A stretch of DNA of 64,000 nt. It comes from Candidatus Methylomirabilia bacterium. GTDB taxonomy: Bacteria > Methylomirabilota > Methylomirabilia > Rokubacteriales > CSP1-6. A program made the translations under genes and the position numbers. Each line of letters starts with the position of its first letter. The first letter of the stretch is position 1. This document shows positions 47,943 to 57,480 of this stretch, one piece after another. Location: contig JBGPTW010000001.1 in assembly GCA_041490825.1 (NCBI GenBank), positions 9,478 to 73,477 on the forward strand. The letters run 5' to 3'. The notes under the pieces are model-generated. The model was not told the origin of the DNA, made no database searches, and saw only the letters and a program-made list of their open reading frames with translations.

Positions 47943-49003
47943 TACTTCTTACCTTTGTCTCCCGATCTCCGGAGTCCCAGCCCGACCGCCACGGCCAGCG
48001 CGGGTCCGGAGGCTGCTACGGCCTCCGCCAAGGCATCATCCACGGAGATGCGCTCGAACGGGCGGGCCAATTCGACGGGGATGCCCCAATTCGACGACAG
48101 ATATTCGGTCAGCCCGGCCACCTGCGCCGACCCACCGGCCAGGATGATCTTGCCGATCCTCTCCGACTCCGTGGTCGAGGCGAAGAAGTCGAACGTGCGC
48201 TGGACTTCGAGCGAGAGCTCGTGTGAGACGTCTTCGATGGCCGGGACCAGCGCGTCCCACTCCACGCTGGGGTCCTTGCCGAGCTTGGCGGCTTCGGCCT
48301 GGTCGAACGGGATCGACAACCGCTGTGCGATGGCCTGCGTGTACTGGTTCCCGCCAAACGGGATGTCGCGGGCGAAGATCGTCGCGCCGTTGCGCACGAC
48401 GTTGGTCTTCATGACCGAGGCACCGATGTCGATGAGGGCGACCGCCTCGTCGCTCGACTCGGGAACGTTCAGCTCGAACTGGTTGCCGAGCGCGAACGTG
48501 TCGACGTCGACGACGATGGGATTGAACCCCGCATCCTCGACGACACCGACGTACTCCTGAACCTTGGACTTCTTCACGGCGACCAGAATCAGATCGAGGT
48601 TGCCGTCGTCAACGCCGACCACGTAATAGTCGATGTACACTTCCTCGACGGCAAACGGAATGTGATGCTCGGCCTCGAGCAGGATGGCGCCCTGGAGCTC
48701 TCGAGGCGGGACCTCCGGCATCTGGATCTTCTTGATGATGAGCTCCCGCCCGCAAATGCTGATGGCGGCGTCATGGCCCTTGATTCCAGCGGTGGTCACT
48801 GCTTCCTTGATCGCGGCGCTCACTGTCGCCGCGTCCTTGATGGCACCATCAGAGATTGCATCGACCGGAAGCGGTACGACGCCAAGCGCGCTCAGCGTGT
48901 AGCCGCCATTGGACGGCGTGACCTGAACGACCTTGATGGTGCTGGACCCAATGTCCAAGCCGAACATCTCCGGCGGCTTGCGCAAGAACTTCAGATTAAA
49001 CAT
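47942..49003 (-). CDS. pilM: type IV pilus assembly protein PilM
   Basis: GLDIGSS.IK, IDIGA, FGG, LAGG, AVGLGLR. Confidence 0.95.
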   Translation of the reverse strand: MFNLKFLRKPPEMFGLDIGSSTIKVVQVTPSNGGYTLSALGVVPLPVDAISDGAIKDAATVSAAIKEAVTTAGIKGHDAAISICGRELIIKKIQMPEVPPRELQGAILLEAEHHIPFAVEEVYIDYYVVGVDDGNLDLILVAVKKSKVQEYVGVVEDAGFNPIVVDVDTFALGNQFELNVPESSDEAVALIDIGASVMKTNVVRNGATIFARDIPFGGNQYTQAIAQRLSIPFDQAEAAKLGKDPSVEWDALVPAIEDVSHELSLEVQRTFDFFASTTESERIGKIILAGGSAQVAGLTEYLSSNWGIPVELARPFERISVDDALAEAVAASGPALAVAVGLGLRRSGDKGKK

Positions 49004-49020
49004 GTCTTTTTCACTCGTTT

Positions 49021-49073
49021 GCGAAAGAGTAGAAGTTAGTATAGGGGTCTAACCTCACAGGACAAACGTTTTC
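49021..49073 (-). promoter_or_regulatory. shared promoter motif, copy at pilM
   Basis: GAAAACGTTTGTCCTGT...CCCCTATACTAACTTCTACTCTTTCGC. Confidence 0.75.
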
Positions 49074-49245
49074 TGATATACCACGCCTTGGGTTTTCGCC
49101 GAGGGATGCCACTACGTCTCGGCGATTTGGCCGTCTTCGGCCGGCTGGCCGTAAGTGCATACCGACGCGTGAACGAGGCCGTGCTACGCGGATCCACCTG
49201 CGTGCCGCGCCGAGCAAGGGGCTCGTCACGCCGTCCGCTGTGGGA

Positions 49246-49345
49246 CTAGTAAACGTGGGGGCCCCGAAATGGCCCCCACACCCCCAGACGCTCGGCGCAC
49301 CCCAGCAAAGCTGTGGCGCGCCTCGATACTCCGACGGGCTCCTAC
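49246..49345. mobile_element. ~100-bp MITE/REP-like element, copy 2
   Basis: CTAG...CTAC ends; direct repeat of 43860-43956. Confidence 0.65.
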
Positions 49346-49620
49346 GGCAAGCGCTGCCGGCAACGCGAAGACGGCGAGTGCGCCCTCGAAGAAGGTGTGG
49401 GCTTGGCGATCTCGCCGGCACATCGGTCTAGGGTCCAGGCACCATCGGACGCTTCTTCCGTTTCATAGTCGGCCGCGCCCGCGGCACGCAAGGAGGGGGC
49501 CAATCCGGAGTCACGGTCCAGGCGAAAAACGCCTCGAACATCGCGCGATTCGAGCCACGGAGCTCGTCGGGTCGCCAGATTGACAAGGACGCCTGGCCAA
49601 AATGCCGGCCAGGGATTCGT

Positions 49621-50253
49621 CTAAAGCTTCGACCGGGATACCGAGACCTTCACCTTTCCGTCCAGCCCGGGTCTTTCGCCGCCAGATACCTTGAACCTCT
49701 GTCTTCCCCCGGGAACGCCGTCGACTTCGGCATCGATCGACCCGGTGCCTGTCACGACTTTCAATCTGCCGGAACCATTCATGGTTGCCGTGGGCGGCAG
49801 CGGTAGGGCGGCGAGCGTGAAGTCCTTGGAGGACACGTCCTTGAAGAAGAGAGTGACCTCTCCGGACTTATAAGAACCTGAAACATAGCCACCGGAAGAC
49901 GTATCCGCCCTGAAGCCGATCTCTGGCTGGAACGATGCGAGGCTCGACAATGTCGGGCCGAGTGTCAACGAGTTGAGCTTCATCATGAACGCTTGCGGGG
50001 CTGGGTCTCCCGGGACTCCCGCGTCGGACGCCTGGTTCGCTACGGACAATCCTGTCAGCCCCAGATCGAGATTCCATCGTATGTGCACCTCGTCGATGGA
50101 AACGCTGGCATGGAGAGTCTGCCCGAGCTTCCCGGCGAGCCAGCTCCTTGCCGTCTCCGCAGGAAAACCCGCGAGGAAGAAGCCCCAGAAGGACCCGATC
50201 CAGAGTGAGGACCAGCCGATGATCGTCACAGACTGCCTGAGGGTGAAACGCAA
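49621..50253 (-). CDS. GspN-like T2SS protein (short)
   Basis: N-terminal TM with FP, beta-rich; last gene of the gsp cluster. Confidence 0.55.
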   Translation of the reverse strand: MRFTLRQSVTIIGWSSLWIGSFWGFFLAGFPAETARSWLAGKLGQTLHASVSIDEVHIRWNLDLGLTGLSVANQASDAGVPGDPAPQAFMMKLNSLTLGPTLSSLASFQPEIGFRADTSSGGYVSGSYKSGEVTLFFKDVSSKDFTLAALPLPPTATMNGSGRLKVVTGTGSIDAEVDGVPGGRQRFKVSGGERPGLDGKVKVSVSRSKL

Positions 50254-51123
50254 TTATTCTTCCTTCCACGCGATGACCCGCACCGACCCACCGTCCCGGC
50301 TGACGAACGCTGAACCTCTCTTGACGACGTCCGCGACTTTCGCTTCCGCTCGAACACGGAAGGTCGAGCTTTTCACGTCGATGACATCGCTGAACGTGTA
50401 GAGAATCTCGTCGTTCATCCCGGACACCTTCTTCACGTCGCCGATCTCTCGAAAAGGATTCTCAATCCTCCGATTGAGGATGCCGTCGATCAGCGCGCCA
50501 CTCAGTTTTGGAGAAAGGGCCGCCAGAACGTCCCGTCCCGCGGTATTGACGTTGATGTTTCGGCCGTTCACGGGATCGGTGTAGACGGTGAGGGAGTTCT
50601 CGACTCTCTTGAATGCCTCGACTGTCAATCCGGGCACCAGGAGGAGCTCGGAGGGGTCTCGGAAGGTATAGGAGGGGTCGGCCCTCTGACTTCTCAGCCA
50701 TTCTGCGACTCTCTGCGCGAGCCCGTCATCGTTGCCAACCGTCTTGAGCAGTCTGCCGAACCGCTCGACGGCCTTGTCGTCGATCTTTCCCTGGGGGGTC
50801 ACGAGCGTGTTGATATTGAATCTCGATGCCTCGTCCTCGATGTGAATGGACACCATTCCGTCTCCGACCGGGAACTGCGTGACGTCTTGTGCCCATACCT
50901 CGGACAGCGCATCGATCGTGCTTTCGCGGGCATCCCGTTCGAGGAACGCCATGGCGGCTGAGATCCCGGACCGCATGATGTAAGCCGCATTGAGCGCATC
51001 GACACTCTGTTTGGCCCTCGTGACCGCCAGAAGGCTGCGGGTATTCATGGCAAGGACCAGGACGGAAAGCATCGCGACGACCAGAAGAGTCATGAGGAGA
51101 GCTATGCCCTTGTCGTTGTTCAC
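50254..51123 (-). CDS. gspK: T2SS minor pseudopilin K
   Basis: KG/IALL.TL, D...E.W, IEDE..RFNIN, ININTA. Confidence 0.9.
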   Translation of the reverse strand: MNNDKGIALLMTLLVVAMLSVLVLAMNTRSLLAVTRAKQSVDALNAAYIMRSGISAAMAFLERDARESTIDALSEVWAQDVTQFPVGDGMVSIHIEDEASRFNINTLVTPQGKIDDKAVERFGRLLKTVGNDDGLAQRVAEWLRSQRADPSYTFRDPSELLLVPGLTVEAFKRVENSLTVYTDPVNGRNINVNTAGRDVLAALSPKLSGALIDGILNRRIENPFREIGDVKKVSGMNDEILYTFSDVIDVKSSTFRVRAEAKVADVVKRGSAFVSRDGGSVRVIAWKEE

Positions 51124-51130
51124 TTCTGCG

Positions 51131-51658
51131 CTACTCCCGTTCCACTGTGTTTGCGATCAGGGTGGCATTGAACGCGGCCGGGTCCTCGTAGGTGGCTTTG
51201 ATGAGGATCCTTTCGACCGCGATGGGATGTCCGTCCGCCTCCAGGGCGCCGATCAATCCGGACAGGTCGGCAAGCGATATCCTCTCGAAGGACATTTCGG
51301 CCTTGATTGCCTTGACGCCGTCGGCAATCGGCTTCGTCGTGGCTTTCACGGACGCCATCTTCTTCTTCAGGCCGGCCTTGACCACGATGGCATCGAGTCC
51401 TGAAAGAGACGCGCCGCTCCCGCTGAAGGCCGTTGTCCTGATGCCATCCAGATCCGTCTTCACGGAGAGATAGTCTCGACCCAGCGACATGACAGAGGCC
51501 AGCCGCTGTCGCTCTTCCGCGGATGTTTTCTCGAGCTGCCTTCCCCGACTGTAGAGCGGGACGTCGACGAACAGCACGATCGAAATGACGACGGCAACGT
51601 ACGCTCCTACGCCGAGCAGGCGCCGGTCTCGCTCGGTCAGGCTTCTCAACAGCGCCAT
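51131..51658 (-). CDS. gspM: T2SS inner membrane protein M
   Basis: L..RDR.LL then TM, coiled coil; gene position. Confidence 0.75.
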   Translation of the reverse strand: MALLRSLTERDRRLLGVGAYVAVVISIVLFVDVPLYSRGRQLEKTSAEERQRLASVMSLGRDYLSVKTDLDGIRTTAFSGSGASLSGLDAIVVKAGLKKKMASVKATTKPIADGVKAIKAEMSFERISLADLSGLIGALEADGHPIAVERILIKATYEDPAAFNATLIANTVERE

Positions 51659-52987
51659 TCACTTCACCTGAACCTTGACCCGAAATCGGTACGTATTGGG
51701 GTCCACGCCCTGGACCAGCTCCTCCACCTGCGCTCCCTGCGCACCGTCGATGGCGGAAAAGAGCTTCTTCAGCCCGTCACTCCCGACACCGCGCCCATCC
51801 CCGATGACCGTGAGGCTGCCCGCCTCGACGGCCGCCTCCCTGACCTTCAGCTCGGGGTGATCAATGACGAGCCTGCCGAGACCGTGCGCGATGGCGAGAT
51901 ATGAAGGAGACGATGCGCCGAGGAGCGCGTCCCTCGTTTGCCGCTCCGAGACCAAGGCAACCTTCAGCTGCGCGTCTTCCTTGACGATATGTTTCACCTG
52001 CGGCATCACCGAGGAAAATACCCGCCTCGACTCGGCCTTCAATGCCGCCACCGCGTCTGACGCCGTCCGGTACCGCACATACGTATCCGCTGTCCCGAGA
52101 ACCAGGACGATCGCGCTTCCGACCGAGAGGATGCGTAACGTCCTCGTGAACGTGCCGTCGTCGGCGTGTACGCCGAGGACGTTGAAGCTCGAGAATTCGG
52201 AAGCGCTCAGCGCTCCGCCAGCGACACCGGCCCAGGCAGGCCATTCCCGGGTGTCGACACCCTTCACGGCCTCAGGGCGAGGTGCGATCTGGGCCATGCG
52301 TGGGAGGAGCGGCAGGACGTGCGCTGCCGCGGCACCGGTCACGTACAGAATGTCGACCTGGTTACCCTCGTTCCGCAGCGGTGTGATGGTCGCCTCGATC
52401 CACGGCACGATGGATCGCCAGTCACCGTCGGTTCTCGTCGACCGCATCGCGAGCGGCCTTCCATCGCCGATGATCACGACGCTCGCCGAGTCGCCGTCGA
52501 TGTCGAGCACTCCGTATATCCCATTGTCGTCATGGCAATGCCGGGCAAGCGATAACAGGGCAATGAAATCCGGGACGATGCGTACGGGTTTCCTTCCGTC
52601 CGGGAACAGCGCCATGTAATCGGCGGCAGTCTTCTTGGGAAGCGCCAGCGCGAACACGACGGTCCCTTTGTCCGAGCGAGCCGCCGGCGCGTTCTCGATG
52701 AGGAGGTCTTCGATGGGGAGAGGGAGGGTTCCGTCCAGCTCCGAGGGGAGAACCTTCCGGATGATTTTCGCATCGGCGAATGGCACCGTGACCGTTCTCG
52801 TCATGAACAGATGGCCAGGCAACACGGCCGTGATCGGAGCATCGGAAGGAAGCTCGGACAAGAGCTCCTCAATGGCGGATGAGGACTGCGTTTTCTCGAC
52901 CTTCATTCTGCCGAATAACGACGAAAACAGCAGGCCTCGGACCTCGTGAGCGCCGATCGCGACGATGATTCCCGTGCTGCGTATCAT
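51659..52987 (-). CDS. gspL: T2SS protein L
   Basis: Actin-like cytoplasmic domain (VPF....I..VLP.EL...LP), TM, periplasmic domain. Confidence 0.75.
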   Translation of the reverse strand: MIRSTGIIVAIGAHEVRGLLFSSLFGRMKVEKTQSSSAIEELLSELPSDAPITAVLPGHLFMTRTVTVPFADAKIIRKVLPSELDGTLPLPIEDLLIENAPAARSDKGTVVFALALPKKTAADYMALFPDGRKPVRIVPDFIALLSLARHCHDDNGIYGVLDIDGDSASVVIIGDGRPLAMRSTRTDGDWRSIVPWIEATITPLRNEGNQVDILYVTGAAAAHVLPLLPRMAQIAPRPEAVKGVDTREWPAWAGVAGGALSASEFSSFNVLGVHADDGTFTRTLRILSVGSAIVLVLGTADTYVRYRTASDAVAALKAESRRVFSSVMPQVKHIVKEDAQLKVALVSERQTRDALLGASSPSYLAIAHGLGRLVIDHPELKVREAAVEAGSLTVIGDGRGVGSDGLKKLFSAIDGAQGAQVEELVQGVDPNTYRFRVKVQVK

Positions 52988-52996
52988 GTCGTCGTC

Positions 52997-53530
52997 CTAC
53001 TTCCTGCTCCACACCGGCATCACGGTGTTGATGTCCTTGCCTTTATACGAGAACGTCACTCTGACTCCAGCCGGAAGTTTGTCGGGCGAAGGCCATTCGT
53101 CCTTCCACTGCCGCCCGTCGAAGAACGAGAACGACGGATCGACGACGTGATCCAGGAGCAGGAAGGTTCGCAGATCGCTCACGGCGAGTCCCGGCTGAAC
53201 GATCTTCCTCAGCAATTTGCCCTGGCCGAACTCGTAGGCCACCGTCTGAACCCAGGGCTTCGTATCCGGGTGGAATGGCGTCAGGACCGTGAAGATGATC
53301 TTGTCATTCGTGCCCGAAAACGCCACAGAGGCGCTCCTCACCTCGTGGCTGAGGGTATCGAGGGCTCCGGTGAGGGACGAGAGCTCGTCCGCTCTCTCGT
53401 CGACGGCGCGGGCGATCACCGCCGACGTCGAGAACGTGCCGAAGAGGATCGTCATCACGATGGACAGGATGCTGAGGGCGATGAGGATCTCGACGAGGGT
53501 GAATCCCCCGGCGGCTCGCCTACCGCCCAT
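52997..53530 (-). CDS. gspJ: T2SS minor pseudopilin J
   Basis: G/FTLVEILIAL, W...W....LP..V. Confidence 0.85.
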   Translation of the reverse strand: MGGRRAAGGFTLVEILIALSILSIVMTILFGTFSTSAVIARAVDERADELSSLTGALDTLSHEVRSASVAFSGTNDKIIFTVLTPFHPDTKPWVQTVAYEFGQGKLLRKIVQPGLAVSDLRTFLLLDHVVDPSFSFFDGRQWKDEWPSPDKLPAGVRVTFSYKGKDINTVMPVWSRK

Positions 53531-53894
53531 AGAGGTACTCGGCGAGCTTCAGCGTTTCGCCTCGGCGTCCTTCATTCCATGAGATCTGGAGGGATAGTTG
53601 CCTTCCGGGGAGCATCGGGACTCCCTGGGGCATGGATTCCGGGGTCGTCCATGTCTCCGTCAGCGTCCACGTATATGGCCCTTCGCTGCCTGTCGTTTCG
53701 CCTCCCGGCACGCCCGTCAATTCTCCTTCGCCCATCAGCCTCTCGGCCACGAGCCTCGCGCCCTCCAGCATCTCCGCGGACTCCGCCATCATCACCGAGC
53801 GACTCTGAAGCGACAGAAGCGCGACCAGCGCGACGGCGATGATGGCGATCGAGACGAGGACTTCCAGCAGTGTGAAGCCTCGCTCAGTCCTCAC
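53520..53894 (-). CDS. gspI: T2SS minor pseudopilin I
   Basis: G/FTLLEVLVSIAI; gene position. Confidence 0.85.
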   Translation of the reverse strand: MRTERGFTLLEVLVSIAIIAVALVALLSLQSRSVMMAESAEMLEGARLVAERLMGEGELTGVPGGETTGSEGPYTWTLTETWTTPESMPQGVPMLPGRQLSLQISWNEGRRGETLKLAEYLYGR

Positions 53895-54354
53895 GGACTT
53901 CGAACCTCTCCCCGAGAGCGGGAATCACGACGGTGTAGGCCGTTCCACCCGTGCCCGAGAGTGTGATCGACGCCTCGTCCCTGAATCCGGACGGAAAGAA
54001 GCTGATCGACACCAGTCCCGTCGTCACAGGCTCGGTGCCGATCACCACATTCCGGATGAAGACCCGGCTCGGCACGCGCGACCTCACGCCGCCATCTCCG
54101 TCCCAGTATTCACGGCTGTCCAGATCCAGCGTGAGGACGCGCTTCTCCTTCGTGAAGAGGGCTTCGTCCGAGAGCCGCCTGACGGTATAGACGAGTCTCC
54201 TGGCTGAGCCCTTGAGCTCCGCGGTCTCTCCTCCCGCGAGCTTTGGCACCACATACGACAGCGTGATCGCGAGGATGCTGAGAACGACCAGCAGCTCGAC
54301 GAGAGTGAAGCCGCGGGTCGCAGCGTCACATGTTCCAGCTTTGGAGGTCGGCAT
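53884..54354 (-). CDS. gspH: T2SS minor pseudopilin H
   Basis: G/FTLVELLVVL, FFPSG. Confidence 0.85.
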   Translation of the reverse strand: MPTSKAGTCDAATRGFTLVELLVVLSILAITLSYVVPKLAGGETAELKGSARRLVYTVRRLSDEALFTKEKRVLTLDLDSREYWDGDGGVRSRVPSRVFIRNVVIGTEPVTTGLVSISFFPSGFRDEASITLSGTGGTAYTVVIPALGERFEVRED

Positions 54355-54769
54355 CCTTACCGTCGCCCTCGGGTCCGAGGGAATAAAGGTCGAACGTCCC
54401 GTGCTCTCCGGGCGACAGATATTGATACGGCCTGCCCCACGGATCACTGGAAGCCTTGGAGAGATAGCCTCCCTCTTTCCATCTTCGGGGGAGCGGGGCA
54501 ATGTCCGGCTTTCTGACGAGAGCCTCGAGCCCCTGCTCAGTCGTCGGATAGGCTCCGTTGTCGAGCTTGTAGAGATTCAACGCACCTTCGATGCCCTTGA
54601 TGTCGACCTGCGCCTTGGTCTTCTTCGCTTCCTCAGGCCTGCCCATGATTCTCGGGACGATGATGCCGGCCAGAATGGCAAGGATGACGACGACGATCAT
54701 GACTTCGATGAGCGTGAATCCTCGTGAGTCGCGCGGCGCGCGGCGCACAGCCAGGTCGCCCATCGTCAT
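54326..54769 (-). CDS. gspG: T2SS major pseudopilin G
   Basis: G/FTLIEVMIVV, YKLDNG.YPTTEQGL.AL, DPWG.PY.Y..PG. Confidence 0.96.
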   Translation of the reverse strand: MTMGDLAVRRAPRDSRGFTLIEVMIVVVILAILAGIIVPRIMGRPEEAKKTKAQVDIKGIEGALNLYKLDNGAYPTTEQGLEALVRKPDIAPLPRRWKEGGYLSKASSDPWGRPYQYLSPGEHGTFDLYSLGPEGDGKDADLQSWNM

Positions 54770-55980
54770 CTCAGGTGGCTCATCTCCAGGACGGGGAGCA
54801 ATATTGCAAAGACGATGAAGCCGACGATCAGGCCCATGACGAGGATCATCATCGGCTCCAGGAGGGTGAGAGCTGTCTCGAGTCTTCGGTCGAGCTCCCG
54901 TTCCTTGGTATCTCCGATTCTGGCGAAGATCTCTTCGAGGTTTCCGCCCGCCTCGCCGACGGTGATGAGGCTGAGCGCGCTTTGCGGGAAGAAGCCTGAT
55001 TCCCTGAGCGTGTGGGTCAACGATTGTCCCTCCAGCACGGCCTCCTGCGCGTTGGACAAGACCTTCTCCATTCCCGAATGTCCGGCGGCCTTGCTGGCGA
55101 TCCCGAGTGACCGTGACAGCGGTACCCCGCCTTTCAAGAGCGCCTCCATGATCCGGCCGAACCGCGCCGTCCGCATGGAGTGAAGGGTGCCGCCGATGTA
55201 GGGGAGCCGATCGACAACGCGCTCGAATAGCTGCCGCCCCTTGTCCGTCTCTGAAAACCGGTAGCCGGTGTACGAGATCACGACGATCAGCAGGAGGATG
55301 ACGGGCCAGTACGTGGAAAGGACGCCCGTGAAAGCGATCAGCACGATGGTCGGCCAGGGCAGCGCCTTCCCCACGTCCTGAAATATCGTCACGACCTTCG
55401 GCACCACCGACGTCAACAGGTACGAGAGGATCACGAAACCGATCAGGGCCATGAACGCAGGATATGTCATGGCCGCCCGGACCTTGCTCACGACCCTTTC
55501 ACGTCGTTCGAGGTGCTCCGAGAGGTGCGCGAGGGCGTCTTCGAGCATGCCTCCCGCATCTCCCGCGGCGACCATGTTCACGTAGAGCTCGTTGAAGACG
55601 TCCGGGTCGTGGGACAGCGCAATCGCAATGGCCTCGCCGTCCTTCACCTTGTCTCTGACACCGGCCAGGACGGCCTTGAATCGCGAGTTGCTCTCTTCGT
55701 CCACGAGAACCGTCAGAGCCTCGATCATGGGGAGACCTGACGTCAGCAGTGTCTTGAGCTGATACGTGAACAGCGCCAGGTCCTTGAGCCCCGGTCTCGT
55801 CGCCCATCTCAATCTGGTGAAGATCGACGACGCCTCTCGTCTGGTTTCCGTGAGAGGCTCCATGAGGAATACTCCGCGATCTTTCAGCGAGCGTCTGGCT
55901 GTGGACTGGTCCTCGGCATCGATCACACCGGAGGTGGTCTTTCCGGTCGCCCTGTAACCTCGGTATCCGTACAACGGCAT
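54766..55980 (-). CDS. gspF: T2SS platform protein F
   Basis: SGLP..EAL, YVNMVAAG, AMTYP, LLEP. Confidence 0.93.
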   Translation of the reverse strand: MPLYGYRGYRATGKTTSGVIDAEDQSTARRSLKDRGVFLMEPLTETRREASSIFTRLRWATRPGLKDLALFTYQLKTLLTSGLPMIEALTVLVDEESNSRFKAVLAGVRDKVKDGEAIAIALSHDPDVFNELYVNMVAAGDAGGMLEDALAHLSEHLERRERVVSKVRAAMTYPAFMALIGFVILSYLLTSVVPKVVTIFQDVGKALPWPTIVLIAFTGVLSTYWPVILLLIVVISYTGYRFSETDKGRQLFERVVDRLPYIGGTLHSMRTARFGRIMEALLKGGVPLSRSLGIASKAAGHSGMEKVLSNAQEAVLEGQSLTHTLRESGFFPQSALSLITVGEAGGNLEEIFARIGDTKERELDRRLETALTLLEPMMILVMGLIVGFIVFAILLPVLEMSHLR

Positions 55981-55995
55981 AGGGTTGGAGAGACC

Positions 55996-57480
55996 TCATT
56001 CCTCCTGCATGACCCGCAGAACCTCTTCGATCGACGTCGTTCCCGACAGCACCTTCTCCGCGCCGTCGACGATCATCTTCTTCATCGCCTTCTTGTCGGC
56101 TTCCGTCCTGATGCTCCTGGAATCCCCCCCCTGCAGGATGACCTTGCGTATGTCGTCGTCGATCTCGAGCAACTCATAGACGCCGTTTCGGCCGAGATAG
56201 CCCGTCCCGAGGCATTCATCGCAGCCACCCCGACGGTACAGGATCTGATGAACTGGCCGCGACGTGTGGCCCACGACGCCCAAGACCCGAAGATCATCGG
56301 CGCCCGGCTCGTAGTGCTCCCGACATCGAGGACAGAGCACTCGTATCAACCGCTGGGCGATCACCCCGATGAGGGACGACGAGACGAGGAAGGGCTCGAT
56401 CCCCATGTCGACGAGTCTGGTGACTGCTCCGGCTGAATCGCTCGTATGCAGGGTCGAGAGCACCAGGTGCCCCGTGAGGGCGGCCTGGATGGCCATGTCG
56501 GCGGTCTCTCTGTCCCTGATCTCGCCGACCATGATGATGTCGGGATCCTGCCGAAGGATGTGCCTCAATCCTCGGGCAAACGTCAGTCCGACCTTCGGGT
56601 TCACCTGCATCTGTCCGATCTGTTTCAGCTGATACTCGATGGGATCCTCGACCGTCAGGATGTTCTTCTCGGACGAGTTCATGGAGGAAAGCGACGCATA
56701 CAGCGTCGTCGTTTTTCCACTTCCGGTCGGGCCCGTGATGAGGATGATTCCATTGGTCCTGTTGATGAGCCTCGAGTAACGCCGAAGCATCCCGGTCGCG
56801 AGCCCGAGATCCTCGAGGCCGATCATGACGCGCTCGCGATCGAGGAGCCTCAGGACGAGACGTTCTCCAAAGGCCGTCGGGATGGTGGACGCCCTGATGT
56901 CCACGTCGCGTCCGGCGATCCTGACCCGTATTCCTCCATCCTGGGGAAGTCGCCGCTCCGCCACATCCATGCCGGCGATGACCTTCGCCCTGGACACCAC
57001 GGAACGATACAGTCCCTTCGGGATGGACTGGATCTCGTGCAGGATCCCGTCGACCCGGAACCGGACCTTCGCCTCGGTCGCCAGCGGCTCGAAATGAATG
57101 TCGCTGGCCCTCTTCTGCAGGCCTCGCGAGAGCAAGGCGTTGACCAGCCGGACGGCCGGCGCCTCGTCGTCAGACCATTCGAGAAGATCTTTGCTCTCTT
57201 CGACGGCTGAGACGTCGTCGATCACGAACGTCGCGTGTTCGTCGCTGGCGGCTTCGTGGTAGACCTTGTTGATCAGGTCGAGCAGTTCCCGTTCATCCAT
57301 GAACATCGCTCGGACCGGAGCATTGAGGATGTGTCGGAGATCGTCGATGGGCTGAAAGTCGTCAGGGTGAGACGACGCCACGACCACCGTGTCTCCCTCG
57401 GTCCTGATCGGTAAGAGCGAGAACCTCTTGGCGTACGAGAACGAGACGTGCTTCAGGAGGGATCTATCGATATCCGTCAT
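55996..57480 (-). CDS. gspE: T2SS ATPase E
   Basis: ASDIH.EP, GPTGSGKTTTLY, LRQDPDIIMVGEIRD, tetracysteine motif. Confidence 0.96.
   Translation of the reverse strand: MTDIDRSLLKHVSFSYAKRFSLLPIRTEGDTVVVASSHPDDFQPIDDLRHILNAPVRAMFMDERELLDLINKVYHEAASDEHATFVIDDVSAVEESKDLLEWSDDEAPAVRLVNALLSRGLQKRASDIHFEPLATEAKVRFRVDGILHEIQSIPKGLYRSVVSRAKVIAGMDVAERRLPQDGGIRVRIAGRDVDIRASTIPTAFGERLVLRLLDRERVMIGLEDLGLATGMLRRYSRLINRTNGIILITGPTGSGKTTTLYASLSSMNSSEKNILTVEDPIEYQLKQIGQMQVNPKVGLTFARGLRHILRQDPDIIMVGEIRDRETADMAIQAALTGHLVLSTLHTSDSAGAVTRLVDMGIEPFLVSSSLIGVIAQRLIRVLCPRCREHYEPGADDLRVLGVVGHTSRPVHQILYRRGGCDECLGTGYLGRNGVYELLEIDDDIRKVILQGGDSRSIRTEADKKAMKKMIVDGAEKVLSGTTSIEEVLRVMQEE

Noticed and set aside
49346-49620. 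Small ORFs or an att site/tRNA at the T2SS boundary
   Set aside because: No coding signal, cloverleaf or matching direct repeat at the other end of the block could be identified by eye.
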